From an uncultured Clostridium sp. (GTDB lineage Bacteria > Bacillota > Clostridia > TANB77 > CAG-508), in contig URZW01000002.1 of NCBI GenBank assembly GCA_900552555.1, positions 13,760 through 77,759 of the forward strand: DNA of 64,000 bases, in the 5' to 3' direction. The notes under the pieces were generated by a model, which ran no database searches, was not told the DNA's origin, and saw nothing but the letters and a program-made list of their open reading frames with translations. The translations under genes were made by a program, and so were the position numbers. Below are positions 9,774 to 20,907 of the stretch, in pieces (the first letter of the stretch is position 1; each line of letters opens with the position of its first letter).

Positions 9774-11312
9774 ATGATATCAAATGTAAAAACAATATCA
9801 CTAAGTGGAATAGAAGGAAACTTAGTAGAAGTACAAACAGACATAACAGGAGGACTACCAACCTTCGAAATAGTAGGCTTACCAGATACAAGTGTAAGAG
9901 AATCAAAAGAAAGAATAAAATCAGCAATAAAAAACTCCAACATAGAATTTCCAAGCAGAAGAATAATAATAAACTTAGCACCAGCAAGCACAAAAAAAGA
10001 AGGAACAAGTTATGACCTACCAATAGCAATAGGAATACTATTAGCACAAAAAGAAATAATCAACCAAAAACTAGAAAACACAATATTTATAGGAGAACTA
10101 TCACTAGACGGAAAAATAAACAGAATAAATGGAGTATTACCAATGTGTATAGAATCAATGAACCTAGGAATAAGAAAAGTAATATTACCAAAAGCAAACG
10201 AAAGGGAAGCAGCAGTAGTAAAAAATCTAGAAATAATAGGAGTAAACAATTTACAAGAAGTAATAGACTATCTAAATGGAAATAAAAAAATAGAAAAAGC
10301 AGAAGTTGACATACTAAAAATATTTAATAAAAAAAATAAAGAACAATTTGATTTTTCAGAAGTAAAAGGACAAGAAAATGTAAAAAGAGCCTTAGAAATA
10401 GCAGCAGGAGGAGGCCACAATTGTATACTTATAGGACCACCAGGTTCAGGAAAAACAATGATTGCAAAAAGAATACCAACAATATTACCAGATTTAACAT
10501 TTGAAGAATCATTAGATATAACTAAAATACATAGTGTATCTGGAATTTTAGACAATAGTATTGGAATAGTAACAAAAAGACCATTTAGAAGCCCACATCA
10601 TACAATATCACCAACATCAATGATAGGAGGCGGAAGAAATCCAAAACCTGGTGAAATAAGCTTGGCACATAATGGAGTACTATTTTTAGACGAATTACCA
10701 GAATTTAATAGAACAACACTAGAAGTTTTAAGAGGACCATTAGAAGAAAAACAGGTAACAATATCAAGATTATATTCAAAAGTAGAATACCCATCAAACT
10801 TTATGCTTATAGCAAGTATGAACCCATGCCAATGTGGATATTATGGAAGTGAAGAAAAAGTGTGCAAATGTTCAGAACAATCAATTGAAAGATATTTAAA
10901 CAGAATTAGTGGACCGTTATTAGATAGGATAGATTTGCATGTTGAAGTAAAACCAGTAAAATACCAAAAACTAAATTCTAATATAAAACCAGAAACATCA
11001 AATCAAATAAAGCAAAGAGTTAATAAAGCACGAAGAATACAATATTTAAGATATAAAGATACGGGAATATACTCAAATGCAGAGCTTACTCCACAAATGA
11101 TAGAAAGATACTGTAAAATAGACGAGCAATCAAAAAAGATATTAGAACAAGCATTTAATAAATTAGGGTTAAGTGCAAGAGCATATTCAAGAATTCTAAA
11201 AGTTGCAAGAACAATAGCGGATTTGGAAGAAAAAGAAAATATTGAAAAACAGCACATTTTAGAAGCAATTCAATATAGAAACTTAGATAGAAAATATGGA
11301 GATAAATTTTAA
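9774..11312 (+). CDS. comM: YifB/ComM family Mg-chelatase-like AAA+ ATPase
   Basis: N-terminal MISNVKTISLSGIEGNLVEVQ..., Walker A GPPGSGKT, C-terminal Mg-chelatase domain. Confidence 0.9.
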   Translation: MISNVKTISLSGIEGNLVEVQTDITGGLPTFEIVGLPDTSVRESKERIKSAIKNSNIEFPSRRIIINLAPASTKKEGTSYDLPIAIGILLAQKEIINQKLENTIFIGELSLDGKINRINGVLPMCIESMNLGIRKVILPKANEREAAVVKNLEIIGVNNLQEVIDYLNGNKKIEKAEVDILKIFNKKNKEQFDFSEVKGQENVKRALEIAAGGGHNCILIGPPGSGKTMIAKRIPTILPDLTFEESLDITKIHSVSGILDNSIGIVTKRPFRSPHHTISPTSMIGGGRNPKPGEISLAHNGVLFLDELPEFNRTTLEVLRGPLEEKQVTISRLYSKVEYPSNFMLIASMNPCQCGYYGSEEKVCKCSEQSIERYLNRISGPLLDRIDLHVEVKPVKYQKLNSNIKPETSNQIKQRVNKARRIQYLRYKDTGIYSNAELTPQMIERYCKIDEQSKKILEQAFNKLGLSARAYSRILKVARTIADLEEKENIEKQHILEAIQYRNLDRKYGDKF

Positions 11313-12173
11313 TGAAAATAGAAATAGAAGATTCAATATATCCAGAAAAATTAAAAAGAGTAAAAAATCCTCCTAAAACTTTATATGCAAATGGAAACAT
11401 AGAGCTATTAAAAACAAATCGGAATATCTATAATAGGTTCTAGAAGACCAACTAAATATGGAGAAAGAATGACAAAAAGGTTTGCTAAAGAATTAAGTTT
11501 ATATGGATTAACAATAATTAGTGGAATGGCAGAAGGGATAGACAGTTTGGCACATACTACGATTTTAGAAAATGAAGGAAATACAATTGCAGTATTACCA
11601 TCTGGATTTAACAAAATATTTCCATCAAAAAATAAAAAGTTATATCAACAAATATTAGATAATAATGGACTTGTTATAAGTGAATATCAAGAAAATGAGG
11701 AGGCAACATCAAAAACATTTATTGAAAGAAATAGAATTGTAGCTGGTTTATCAATGGGAACATTAGTAGTGGAAGGAGGATATAGAAGTGGAACAGGTGT
11801 AACTGCAAGAATAACAAAAGAATTAGAAAAAAATTTATTTTGCATACCATCAAGCTTAGAAAATCCAAAAGGATTTACACCAAATAAATTAATACAAAAA
11901 GGTGCATTTTTAGTTACACAAGTAGAAGACATTATAGAAAAATATTCAGAATTAAATTTAATAAAATTACAAGTTCAAGAACAGAACAAAAAAATTGTTG
12001 AACCAGAGTTTCAAAAAATTTATGATATTTTAAGTTATGAAGAATCAATACATATTAATGAAATAACCCAAAAATTAAATTTATCAATTAGTGAAGTAAA
12101 TGAAAAACTAATGATGCTAGAACTTGAGGAAAAAGTAGTATCTCTTCCAGGAAATAATTATAAAAAATGTTGA
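11312..12173 (+). pseudogene. dprA: DNA processing protein DprA/Smf, interrupted by a frameshift near 11408-11420
   Basis: Frame 2 encodes MKIEIEDSIYPEKLKRVKNPPKTLYANGNIELLKTN then hits a stop at 11441. The next frame continues KQIGISIIGSRRPTKYGE...GMAEGIDS... as canonical DprA. The ATG overlaps the comM stop (taATGa). Confidence 0.65.
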
Positions 12174-12236
12174 AAAGTTTTAATTATTTAATGGGGAGAC
12201 ATTAAATAATTTCAAATATAAATAGACTAGGAGAAA

Positions 12237-12605
12237 ATGAAATATATGAAAATACACATAAAAAAAGATTTTGGTAATTCGGGTGAAGATATAGCTGTTC
12301 AATATTTGGAAAAGCAAGGACATGTTATTTTAAAACGAAATTTCTATTGTAAACAAGGTGAGATTGATATTATTACCAAAGATAAAAATGAAATTGTTTT
12401 TATAGAAGTGAAAAGCAGAAGCAGTACAGAATATGGACTTCCATCAGAAGCAGTAACAAAACAAAAAATACAACATTTATATAAAACTGCTAGATATTTT
12501 TTGTACAAAAATAAAATGTTAAATGAATTTATCAGATTTGATGTTATGGAAATACTAATAAAAAGAGGAAAATTCAATATAAATCATATAAAACAGATAA
12601 TATAA
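12237..12605 (+). CDS. yraN: YraN family (UPF0102) endonuclease
   Basis: GEDIAVQYLEKQGHVILKRNFYCKQGEIDIITKD...VFIEVKSR signature. Confidence 0.85.
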   Translation: MKYMKIHIKKDFGNSGEDIAVQYLEKQGHVILKRNFYCKQGEIDIITKDKNEIVFIEVKSRSSTEYGLPSEAVTKQKIQHLYKTARYFLYKNKMLNEFIRFDVMEILIKRGKFNINHIKQII

Positions 12606-12625
12606 AAATTATGTAAAATAAAAAC

Positions 12626-12654
12626 TTGAATATAAAACAAATTACTGGTATAAT
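12626..12654 (+). promoter_or_regulatory. sigmaA-type promoter TTGAAT-N17-TATAAT upstream of rsmA
   Basis: ttgaat (12626-31), 17-nt spacer, tataat (12649-54). Confidence 0.6.
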
Positions 12655-12735
12655 AAACAACAAGGTATGGTTTAAATTTGACTTTCAAATAAAAGACTTG
12701 AACCGAAAAAATAAAAGAAATGGAAAGGAACCCAA

Positions 12736-13590
12736 ATGGAAAATATATTAGAAGAAACAAGATTCATAATGAAAAAATACAACATAAGAGCAAACAAAAA
12801 TCTTGGACAAAACTTTTTAATAAACGAAGAAGTAGTAAAAAACATAGTAGGATGTAGTAACATAGAAAAAGAAGACCTAGTAATAGAAATAGGACCAGGA
12901 CTTGGAACACTAACAAAATATTTACTGGAAAAAGCAGGAAAAGTAATATGCATAGAACTAGACACAAAAATGTTACAAATACTTGAAGACAGATTTTCAT
13001 TATATGATAATTTCGAATTAATAAACAATGATGTACTAAAAGTTGATTTAAAAAATATAATAAAAAAAGAGAAAGCAGAAGGAAAAATAAAAAATGTAAA
13101 AATAGTAGCAAATTTACCATATTACATCACAACACCAATAATAATGAAATTATTAGAAGAAGAACTAGAATTAGAAAGCATAACGGTAATGATACAAAAA
13201 GAAGTAGCAGATAGACTAATAGCAATACCAGGAGAAAAAAATACAGGGGCAATAACATATTCAGTGTATTATTATGCAAGTTCAGAAGCAATAATAGAGG
13301 TACCAAACAGTTCATTTATACCAGAACCGGAAGTAACATCAAAAGTAATAAAATTAAATATAAGAAAAGAACCAATTGTAACACCAAGAGACAAAGAGAA
13401 AATGTTCAAAATAATAAAATATGCATTCACGCAAAAAAGAAAAACACTTTTAAATTCATTAACAAATAATGGTATATTTGAAAATAAAAAAAAGGGAACA
13501 GAAATTTTAAATTCATTAGGAATAAAGGAAAATGTAAGACCAGAAGAATTAACTTTAGAAAAATTTGAAAAAATTTCAGATAATTTGTAA
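12736..13590 (+). CDS. rsmA: 16S rRNA (adenine1518/1519-N6)-dimethyltransferase
   Basis: NLGQNFLINEEVVKNIV and SAM-binding EIGPGLGTLT motifs. Confidence 0.9.
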   Translation: MENILEETRFIMKKYNIRANKNLGQNFLINEEVVKNIVGCSNIEKEDLVIEIGPGLGTLTKYLLEKAGKVICIELDTKMLQILEDRFSLYDNFELINNDVLKVDLKNIIKKEKAEGKIKNVKIVANLPYYITTPIIMKLLEEELELESITVMIQKEVADRLIAIPGEKNTGAITYSVYYYASSEAIIEVPNSSFIPEPEVTSKVIKLNIRKEPIVTPRDKEKMFKIIKYAFTQKRKTLLNSLTNNGIFENKKKGTEILNSLGIKENVRPEELTLEKFEKISDNL

Positions 13591-13657
13591 AAAAATATTC
13601 AAAAAAATAAAAAAATATGATATAATAATTTAAGATTGTATTTATAAGGAGGTTAGA

Positions 13658-14443
13658 ATGAATCAAATTTTGATAACAGAAAAATTATATATAACACCAG
13701 AACTAAAAAGAAAAAAGAAAATATATAAATTTTATTTTATATTATCTGTATTTGTAGTATGTATTCTAACATCTTTTTACATATATGCGGAATATGATAG
13801 AAATAAAAATGCAGATGCATCACAACAATTATTAGCAGACATGCAACAAACTTTATCAAATAAAAATGAAGATACAACTATAGCAAAAGATGACATTCTT
13901 ATGGTTGTGCTAGATGGAACAGATGAAGACTACACAGAAATAGAAAATCTTGCTTCTTCAAGTACAAGTGGAACATCAAGTGTAGCAACAGCAAATGAAA
14001 AAGCAGAATGGAAAACATCAGCAGCAGGATATAGATACAAAATTATTGCAACAGTAGAAGCACCAAAAATAAACTTAAAATATACAGTAGTCCAAGGTGA
14101 AACAGGAGGACTAGAAGAAACAGATTCACTATTAAAAAGCTCACCTGTAAAATATCATGGAGGAAATCCAAACGAAGTAGGAAATTTCTGTATAGTAGGA
14201 CATAATTATAGAAACTCAAAATTCTTTAGTAAAGTTCCTAATTTAGTAGTAGGAGATACAGTAAAATTAACCGACTTAACAGGAAGAACAATAAATTATG
14301 AAGTTTATGATAAACATACAGTTGATCCAACTGATACAAATGATACTACCCAATTAACAGGTGGAAGAAAAGAACTTACTTTAATTACATGTACAAATGA
14401 TAGCAAATTAAGAGTAATACTTAGATGTAAAGAAGTTAAATAG
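13658..14443 (+). CDS. sortase family transpeptidase
   Basis: N-terminal membrane anchor, catalytic His (GHNYRN), TLITC motif, downstream Arg. Confidence 0.75.
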   Translation: MNQILITEKLYITPELKRKKKIYKFYFILSVFVVCILTSFYIYAEYDRNKNADASQQLLADMQQTLSNKNEDTTIAKDDILMVVLDGTDEDYTEIENLASSSTSGTSSVATANEKAEWKTSAAGYRYKIIATVEAPKINLKYTVVQGETGGLEETDSLLKSSPVKYHGGNPNEVGNFCIVGHNYRNSKFFSKVPNLVVGDTVKLTDLTGRTINYEVYDKHTVDPTDTNDTTQLTGGRKELTLITCTNDSKLRVILRCKEVK

Positions 14444-14502
14444 TAACAAATACATATACCCTTTCATATAATAAAATAAAAATTATATGAGGGGGTTTTC
14501 TT

Positions 14503-15183
14503 TTGGCAAAGATATTAGTTTTTAATAATGATACAGATAGAATGGAAACATATTATAGAGGAGAAGCTGAACCAATGCCATACAACACAAACGGTACATT
14601 AAGAGTAAGAGAATTTAGAGGGTCAAGTAATTCAAATATATTATGGACAACAAAAAGAACAATGCAAAGTTGGAATAGTCAAAGATACATTTTTGGTGCA
14701 CCTATACCAGTAGGATTTGCATTTAAAAGACCATATGAAGGTGGACATGGAAATCAAAGTCAACATTATGCTGGAGTTGCTTTTGATGTTGGCCAAACAT
14801 TAAGTTCAACTCAAAGAACCAGATTATGGAATTCAGCAAAAAATTCAGGGGTTTGGTATTATGTAGAACCAATTTCTTTAACACCAACATGGGTACATTT
14901 TGACAAAAGATTTGGAAAACCAGCATGTTCAACAGGAGGTTTTCCTCAATTAAAAAGAGGGAGTTTAAGTAATTATGTTTGTATAGCACAAGATGATTTA
15001 AATACATTAGGATTCAGAACAAATGGACTTGATGGAATATTTGGAGCAGCAACTCAAAGTGCGGTAATCAATTATCAAAAATCAAGAGGTTTAACTGCTG
15101 ATGGAATAATTGGATGTAATACTTGGCGTTCATTACAAGAAGCAGTTGTTGGAACAGGACCAACAAGTACAACGATAAATTAA
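14503..15183 (+). CDS. M15-family zinc peptidase (VanY/L-Ala-D-Glu peptidase-like) with C-terminal peptidoglycan-binding domain; TTG start
   Basis: Hx6D (HYAGVAFD) and WVHFD zinc-ligand motifs; PG_binding_1-like LGFRTNGLDGIFGAATQSAVINYQKSRGLTADGIIG; RBS gaggggg 7 nt before TTG; locally higher GC. Confidence 0.65.
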   Translation: MAKILVFNNDTDRMETYYRGEAEPMPYNTNGTLRVREFRGSSNSNILWTTKRTMQSWNSQRYIFGAPIPVGFAFKRPYEGGHGNQSQHYAGVAFDVGQTLSSTQRTRLWNSAKNSGVWYYVEPISLTPTWVHFDKRFGKPACSTGGFPQLKRGSLSNYVCIAQDDLNTLGFRTNGLDGIFGAATQSAVINYQKSRGLTADGIIGCNTWRSLQEAVVGTGPTSTTIN

Positions 15184-15185
15184 AA

Positions 15186-15218
15186 GTTGTCAATAGGGAC
15201 GCCCCTTTTTGACAACTT
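15186..15218. terminator. bidirectional hairpin terminator, conserved motif GTTGTCAATAGGGACGCCCCTTTTTGACAAC
   Basis: 7-bp stem gttgtca/tgacaac enclosing the GC mini-hairpin agggacgcccct and a T-run. A near-identical motif lies at 25794-25824. Confidence 0.55.
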
Positions 15219-15227
15219 CAATTAATT

Positions 15228-15566
15228 TTATTCTTCATCCATTTTTGTTTCAGCAATTGTTTTTGCAACATTATAGATTAATTTTTGTTTCTCAGGAGAA
15301 ACGCTCTTAATTAAATCTGTAAATTCTTTATCTAAATAATTTTCTGAACTACTAGAAGCACCATTTAATAAATAACCTTCTGAAACATCTAATAAATCAC
15401 ATAATTGATTTAATCTTTTTAAATTAATATGTGAATTTCCTCTTTCAACTCTACTTAAAAATGCAACAGAAATATCAATTTTATCTGCTAAATCTTCTTG
15501 AGTCATATTTTTAGCAAGTCTTGCTTGTTTTATTCTAGAACCGATTACACTATAATCAATAGCCAT
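15228..15566 (-). CDS. XRE-family HTH transcriptional regulator
   Basis: HTH_3 signature IKQARLAKNMTQEDLADKIDISVAFLSRVERG. ATG at MAIDYS is preceded by aaggaaggtga; the longer ORF to 15590 would need a TTG start. Confidence 0.75.
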   Translation of the reverse strand: MAIDYSVIGSRIKQARLAKNMTQEDLADKIDISVAFLSRVERGNSHINLKRLNQLCDLLDVSEGYLLNGASSSSENYLDKEFTDLIKSVSPEKQKLIYNVAKTIAETKMDEE

Positions 15567-15987
15567 TTTTATCACCTTCCTTTCGCTCAACTTGTTTAAT
15601 AGGTATATAAGCTTGTAATGCTTATTGTTATTTAAAAATTTTATAATAATAATATATCATTTAACTTATAAGTTTTGAAGTAACAGAAAGAGAAAAATAA
15701 ACTTATAAATAAACAATATAATTAAAAATATATTAAAAACATCATATTATAGTATTCATGAGGTATTCTTATTAAAAATCAATAAAAACAAAAATAATTA
15801 TCAAAAAATAAAGAAAAATACAATAAAAAAGAGTAAATGAAAGAAAAATAAAGTAAAAATGGTAAAATTAGGTATAACAAACTAGAAAAAAATAAGAAAA
15901 AAGTCAAAATAAGGTATACATAATTTGAAAAAGGAGAGAATATATAGTATAATATAAAATGTTCGCGCTTAAAAATAATGAAGGAGA

Positions 15988-16956
15988 GTGGATTTTATTA
16001 GTATAAAAAAAATAAAATTTTATACAAAAGAAATTAAAAAAATTTTAAATATCACTTTAATATCAATTGGTTTTATAATTGCGCTAATATTAATAAAATA
16101 TAAACCAATGTATGAAGTGAAAATTTCTGGAGAAAAAATAGGATATATAGAAAATAAAAAAGCAATTAATGAAACAATAAAAAATAATATAGAAAATTAC
16201 AATAAAAAAACAATAGAGAAGATAGAGTTAGCAGAAACTCCAGAATATGAATTAAAATTAGTAGAAAGAACACAAAAAGAAAATGAAAGTGAAGTAATAG
16301 TTACATTACAAAATGAACTAGAAATAACATATAAATATTATGAAATAGCATATGATAATGAAAATGTAGAGAAAGTAGAAGATAAAGAAACAGCAGAAAA
16401 ACTAGTAGAAGATATAAAAAAATTATCATCTGAAGAAATAAAATTAGAAGTTAATGAAAAGACTACTAATAATGTACAAGAATTAAACACGAATACATTA
16501 GAAGTTGCTGAACAAAATTTAATAAAAAAATTAGATTTTAAAACAGAAGAAAATACAGAAATAACAAATATAAATGGTATTAAAATTGCAACATTACCAG
16601 TTTCAGGAACAATATCATCTAGATATGGAGTAAGCAGTAGTATAAGGTCATCTAGACATACAGGATTAGATATAGCAGCAAGCAAAGGAACACAAATAAA
16701 AGTAGTAGCAGATGGAACAGTAATATCAGCAGAGTATAGCGGTTCATATGGATATTTAGTAAAAGTTGACCATGGAAATGGTGTAGAAACTTGGTATGCG
16801 CATACAAGTAAAATGTATGTAAAAAAAGGTGAAAAAGTTAAAGCTGGTGATGTTATTGCTTTAGTAGGAAGTACGGGAAATTCTACAGGACCACATTTAC
16901 ATTTTGAAATTAGAATAAATGGAGAACATGTGAATCCACAAAATTATTTATATTAA
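15988..16956 (+). CDS. M23-family peptidase (LytM domain) with N-terminal membrane anchor
   Basis: HTGLDIAA...DHGNGVETWYAH...GSTGNSTGPHLHFEIR. The start is uncertain (GTG 15988 lies very close to the RBS). Confidence 0.8.
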   Translation: MDFISIKKIKFYTKEIKKILNITLISIGFIIALILIKYKPMYEVKISGEKIGYIENKKAINETIKNNIENYNKKTIEKIELAETPEYELKLVERTQKENESEVIVTLQNELEITYKYYEIAYDNENVEKVEDKETAEKLVEDIKKLSSEEIKLEVNEKTTNNVQELNTNTLEVAEQNLIKKLDFKTEENTEITNINGIKIATLPVSGTISSRYGVSSSIRSSRHTGLDIAASKGTQIKVVADGTVISAEYSGSYGYLVKVDHGNGVETWYAHTSKMYVKKGEKVKAGDVIALVGSTGNSTGPHLHFEIRINGEHVNPQNYLY

Positions 16957-17060
16957 TAATTTTTAAATAAAAAGTATACTTTATAACAAGTATGCTTTTT
17001 TGGTTAGTTACCGTATAATAGTTACAATTCACGGCCTTAGAAATTGTTTTCAAAAATAAG

Positions 17061-17088
17061 TTGACAAATTTTTCTAATAATATATAAT
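17061..17088 (+). promoter_or_regulatory. sigmaA-type promoter TTGACA-N16-TATAAT upstream of adhE
   Basis: ttgaca at 17061-66, tataat at 17083-88. Confidence 0.55.
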
Positions 17089-17124
17089 AAAAAAGGATAA
17101 AATAAATACCAAGGAGGAAATCTT

Positions 17125-19725
17125 ATGGCAGAAAATCTAGAAGAAGAAAAAATACAAAAGATGATAGACGAACTAGTTGTAAAAGCAAAAAAGGCATCAG
17201 AAGAATACTTAAAACTAGACCAAGAACAAGTAAACAACATTGTAAAAGCAATGTCAATGGCAGGACTAGAACATCATATGGAACTAGCAAAAATGGCAGT
17301 AGAAGAAACAGGAAGAGGAATATATGAAGATAAAATAACAAAGAACATGTTTGCAACAGAATATATATACCACAGCATTAAAAATGAAAAAACTGTTGGA
17401 GTAATAAATGAAAATAACGAAGAAGGATATCTAGAAATAGCAGAACCAGTAGGAATAATTGCGGGAGTAACACCAGTAACAAACCCAACATCAACAACAA
17501 TGTTCAAATCAATAATATCTGCAAAAACTAGAAATGTAATAATATTTGGATTTCATCCATCAGCACAAAAATGCAGTTCAGAAGCGGCAAGAATTTTAAG
17601 AGATGCAGCAGTTAAAGCAGGAGCACCAGAAAATTGTATATTATGGATAGAAGAACCATCAATTACAGCAACAAGGCTATTAATGAATCACCCAGATGTA
17701 AATTTGATATTAGCAACAGGAGGAACAGGAATGGTACGTTCTGCATATTCATGTGGAAAACCGGCACTAGGAGTAGGTCCAGGAAATGTACCATGTTATA
17801 TAGACAAAACTGCAAAATTAAAAACATCAGTAAATGATTTGGTACTATCAAAATCATTTGACAATGGAATGATATGTGCGTCAGAACAAGCAGTTTTAGT
17901 GGATAAAGACATATATCAAGAATTTGAAAAATTAATGAGAGAAGCAGGATGTTACTTTGTAAATCCAGAAGAAAAACAAAAATTGCAAAACTCAATGTTT
18001 GAATACACAAAAGAATATGGATACAAACTAAAGTCATATGTACCAGGTCAATCACCATATACAATTGCAAAAGAAGCAGGATTTGAAGTACCAGAAGACA
18101 CAAAAGTAATAGTTGTATATGAAGAAGGAATTGGTAGAGAATATCCATTTTCAAAAGAAAAACTAAGTCCAGTTTTAACATATTACATTGTTGAAAATGA
18201 AGAAGAAGGAATTGCAAAAGCAGAAAAATTATTGGAATTCGGAGGACTTGGACATTCAGCAGCAATACACAGTGAAAATCAAGACACGATTTTGAAATTT
18301 TCAGAAACTTTAAAAGCAGGAAGAATAATAGTGAACTCACCATCAACACATGGAGCAATAGGGGATATTTATAATACAAATATGCCATCACTTACATTAG
18401 GATGTGGCTCATTTGGAAAAAATTCAACAACAGCAAATGTGTCATCAGTAAACTTAATAAATATTAAAAGAGTTGCGAAAAGGAGAGTTAATATGCAATG
18501 GTTTAAAGTTCCAGAAAAGATATATTTTGAAGCAGGTTCAATAGCATACTTAGAAAAAATGCCAGATATAGAAAGAGCCTTTATAGTAACAGACCAAGGA
18601 ATGGTCAAATTAGGATATGTAGATAAAATCTTATATCATTTAAGAAAAAGACAACAATATGTACATTCAGAAATATTTAGTGATGTAGAACCAGACCCAT
18701 CATTTGATACAATTAAAAAAGGTGTAGAACAGATGAACAGTTTTAAACCTGATGTAATAATAGCAATAGGTGGAGGAAGTCCAATGGATGCAGCAAAAGG
18801 AATGTGGCTATTTTACGAACATCCAGAGGCTGATATTGAAGGATTAAAATTGAAATTCATGGACATTAGAAAACGTACTTACAAATTTCCTAAATTAGGA
18901 AAAAAAGCAAAAATGGTAGCAATACCAACAACATCAGGAACAGGTTCAGAAGTAACATCATTTGCAGTAATTACAGACAAAGAAAAGGACAGAAAATATC
19001 CACTAGCAGATTATGAATTAACACCAGATGTTGCAATAGTAGACCCAGACCTAGTTATGAGCCTTCCAAAATCAGTAACTGCAGACACAGGAATGGATGT
19101 ACTAACACATGCATTAGAAGCATATGTATCAAATATGGCATCAGACTATACAGATGGTTTAGCAGAAAAAGCAGTTGAATTAGTAATGAATTATTTGGTA
19201 AAATCATATAATGATGGAAGTGATAAAATAGCAAGAGAAAAAATGCATAATGCAAGTACAATTGCAGGAATGGCATTTACAAATGCATTTTTAGGAGTAA
19301 GCCACTCAATTGCACACAAAATAGGTGCAGAGTTCCATTTACCACATGGTAGAATAAATGCAATATTATTACCATATGTTGTAAAATACAATGGAAGCAA
19401 ACCATCAAAATTTGTGTCATTCCCTAAATATGAATACTATATTGCAGACGAAAAATATAGCAATTTAGCAAAAAAATTAGGGTTAAAAGCAGACACAGTA
19501 GAAGATGGTGTTAATAGTTTAGTAGAGAAAATAAAGGGGTTAAATGAAAGTTTAAATATTCCAAAATCTTTTAAAGATACAGGAATTGATGAAAAAGAAT
19601 TTTTGGCAAAAGTTGATATTCTTGCAGACAGAGCGTTTGAAGATCAATGTACAACAGCAAATCCAAGAGTTCCATTAGTTTCAGAAATAAAACAAATACT
19701 ATTAGATAGTTATTATGGGAAATAA
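17125..19725 (+). CDS. adhE: bifunctional acetaldehyde-CoA/alcohol dehydrogenase
   Basis: 866 aa with an N-terminal ALDH domain and a C-terminal iron-containing ADH domain ([10 protein letters not shown]); RBS aggagg. Confidence 0.95.
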   Translation: MAENLEEEKIQKMIDELVVKAKKASEEYLKLDQEQVNNIVKAMSMAGLEHHMELAKMAVEETGRGIYEDKITKNMFATEYIYHSIKNEKTVGVINENNEEGYLEIAEPVGIIAGVTPVTNPTSTTMFKSIISAKTRNVIIFGFHPSAQKCSSEAARILRDAAVKAGAPENCILWIEEPSITATRLLMNHPDVNLILATGGTGMVRSAYSCGKPALGVGPGNVPCYIDKTAKLKTSVNDLVLSKSFDNGMICASEQAVLVDKDIYQEFEKLMREAGCYFVNPEEKQKLQNSMFEYTKEYGYKLKSYVPGQSPYTIAKEAGFEVPEDTKVIVVYEEGIGREYPFSKEKLSPVLTYYIVENEEEGIAKAEKLLEFGGLGHSAAIHSENQDTILKFSETLKAGRIIVNSPSTHGAIGDIYNTNMPSLTLGCGSFGKNSTTANVSSVNLINIKRVAKRRVNMQWFKVPEKIYFEAGSIAYLEKMPDIERAFIVTDQGMVKLGYVDKILYHLRKRQQYVHSEIFSDVEPDPSFDTIKKGVEQMNSFKPDVIIAIGGGSPMDAAKGMWLFYEHPEADIEGLKLKFMDIRKRTYKFPKLGKKAKMVAIPTTSGTGSEVTSFAVITDKEKDRKYPLADYELTPDVAIVDPDLVMSLPKSVTADTGMDVLTHALEAYVSNMASDYTDGLAEKAVELVMNYLVKSYNDGSDKIAREKMHNASTIAGMAFTNAFLGVSHSIAHKIGAEFHLPHGRINAILLPYVVKYNGSKPSKFVSFPKYEYYIADEKYSNLAKKLGLKADTVEDGVNSLVEKIKGLNESLNIPKSFKDTGIDEKEFLAKVDILADRAFEDQCTTANPRVPLVSEIKQILLDSYYGK

Positions 19726-19734
19726 GGTGATAAG

Positions 19735-20907
19735 GTGAAAATAACAGATAGAATAAAAAATAAAATAAATGAAATTAAAAACAGAAATAATCCAGAATCA
19801 ATAGCAGGAAATGTTGCAGATGCATATTTGGAAAGAAAAGAAAATAAAGAAAAAGACCCAATGGACCATACTGCAGACGAAATAATGCAAACATTAAAAA
19901 AGAATCCAGCTAAAAGAAAAGATATATTGGCAAAAATAATTGATAACAAAAGAATACCAGATGAAATGCTTCCAAAAATAGCAACTAGAATTTCAAAAGA
20001 TCCTGAAATACCAGACAGTGTAATACCGGAAGCAGTAAATAGAGCAGATACAAGCATATCAATGGAATCTATTAATAATATATTAGAAAATGGAGAAGTA
20101 AACGCAAAAGACAGAATTGAATTAATAAAACAGGTGGAAGATATAAAAAGCAAAAAAGAAGGAATAAAAAGTGAGTTAAAAAGATTATATAAGGACTGTA
20201 AAATAAAAAGAGATGCCGAAGTTACAGAAAGAATAGATGAAATAACAAGAATTCTAAAAAAAGAAGATATAGATAAAGACATACAAGGATGGATACAGAC
20301 AGTAATTGCAAGAAAAATGGCAGAAAATTTTTATAGTGACACAAAAAAGGGAACCAAAATATTCACATTTACAACAATTGAACCAATAGAGGATATGATA
20401 GAAAAAGACATAGCAACAGATGTAAAAAATGAATATAAAAAAATAGAAGAAGAACAACAATCAAAAAAAGGAAGATTTATCAAAGAAGAATTTGAAACAC
20501 AGCTGTATAAGGAATTAGGAAAACAAATCGGAATAAGATATGAAGAAACAGGAGCTTTTATAATTCCTCAATCAAACAACATAAAGAAAATGAACGAGGA
20601 ACAAAAGAATAGATTTATAAATGCTATACAAATATATTCTAGAAAGCAATTAACTAAAGATGAAATAATAGATATAGATGAGCAAATAAGAGGAGTATCT
20701 GAAAATTCACAAATAAAAGAAAGCACAATAATAAAAACAATAAAGGAACTTCCAAAAGAAGAAAAAAATGAAAAAAGAGAAAAAACTATTAATATAATAA
20801 ACAGCACAGTAGAAAAAAGGGACAAATATAAGATTACTACAAAAACACCAAAAGCAAATAGTGCAAAATTTAGTGGAAAGCCAACAATAGAGGATGAGGA
20901 AAGATAA
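19735..20907 (+). CDS. hypothetical K/E-rich protein (GTG start)
   Basis: Long ORF 10 nt after adhE with RBS aaggtga; no recognisable motif. Confidence 0.5.
   Translation: MKITDRIKNKINEIKNRNNPESIAGNVADAYLERKENKEKDPMDHTADEIMQTLKKNPAKRKDILAKIIDNKRIPDEMLPKIATRISKDPEIPDSVIPEAVNRADTSISMESINNILENGEVNAKDRIELIKQVEDIKSKKEGIKSELKRLYKDCKIKRDAEVTERIDEITRILKKEDIDKDIQGWIQTVIARKMAENFYSDTKKGTKIFTFTTIEPIEDMIEKDIATDVKNEYKKIEEEQQSKKGRFIKEEFETQLYKELGKQIGIRYEETGAFIIPQSNNIKKMNEEQKNRFINAIQIYSRKQLTKDEIIDIDEQIRGVSENSQIKESTIIKTIKELPKEEKNEKREKTINIINSTVEKRDKYKITTKTPKANSAKFSGKPTIEDEER

Noticed and set aside
17663-18391. 242-aa antisense ORF inside adhE (and many similar L/F-rich minus-strand ORFs across the window)
   Set aside because: These ORFs lie entirely within well-supported genes on the other strand. 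Their low-complexity Leu/Phe/Ile composition is typical of antisense translation of AT-rich coding DNA. They have no RBS and no motif.
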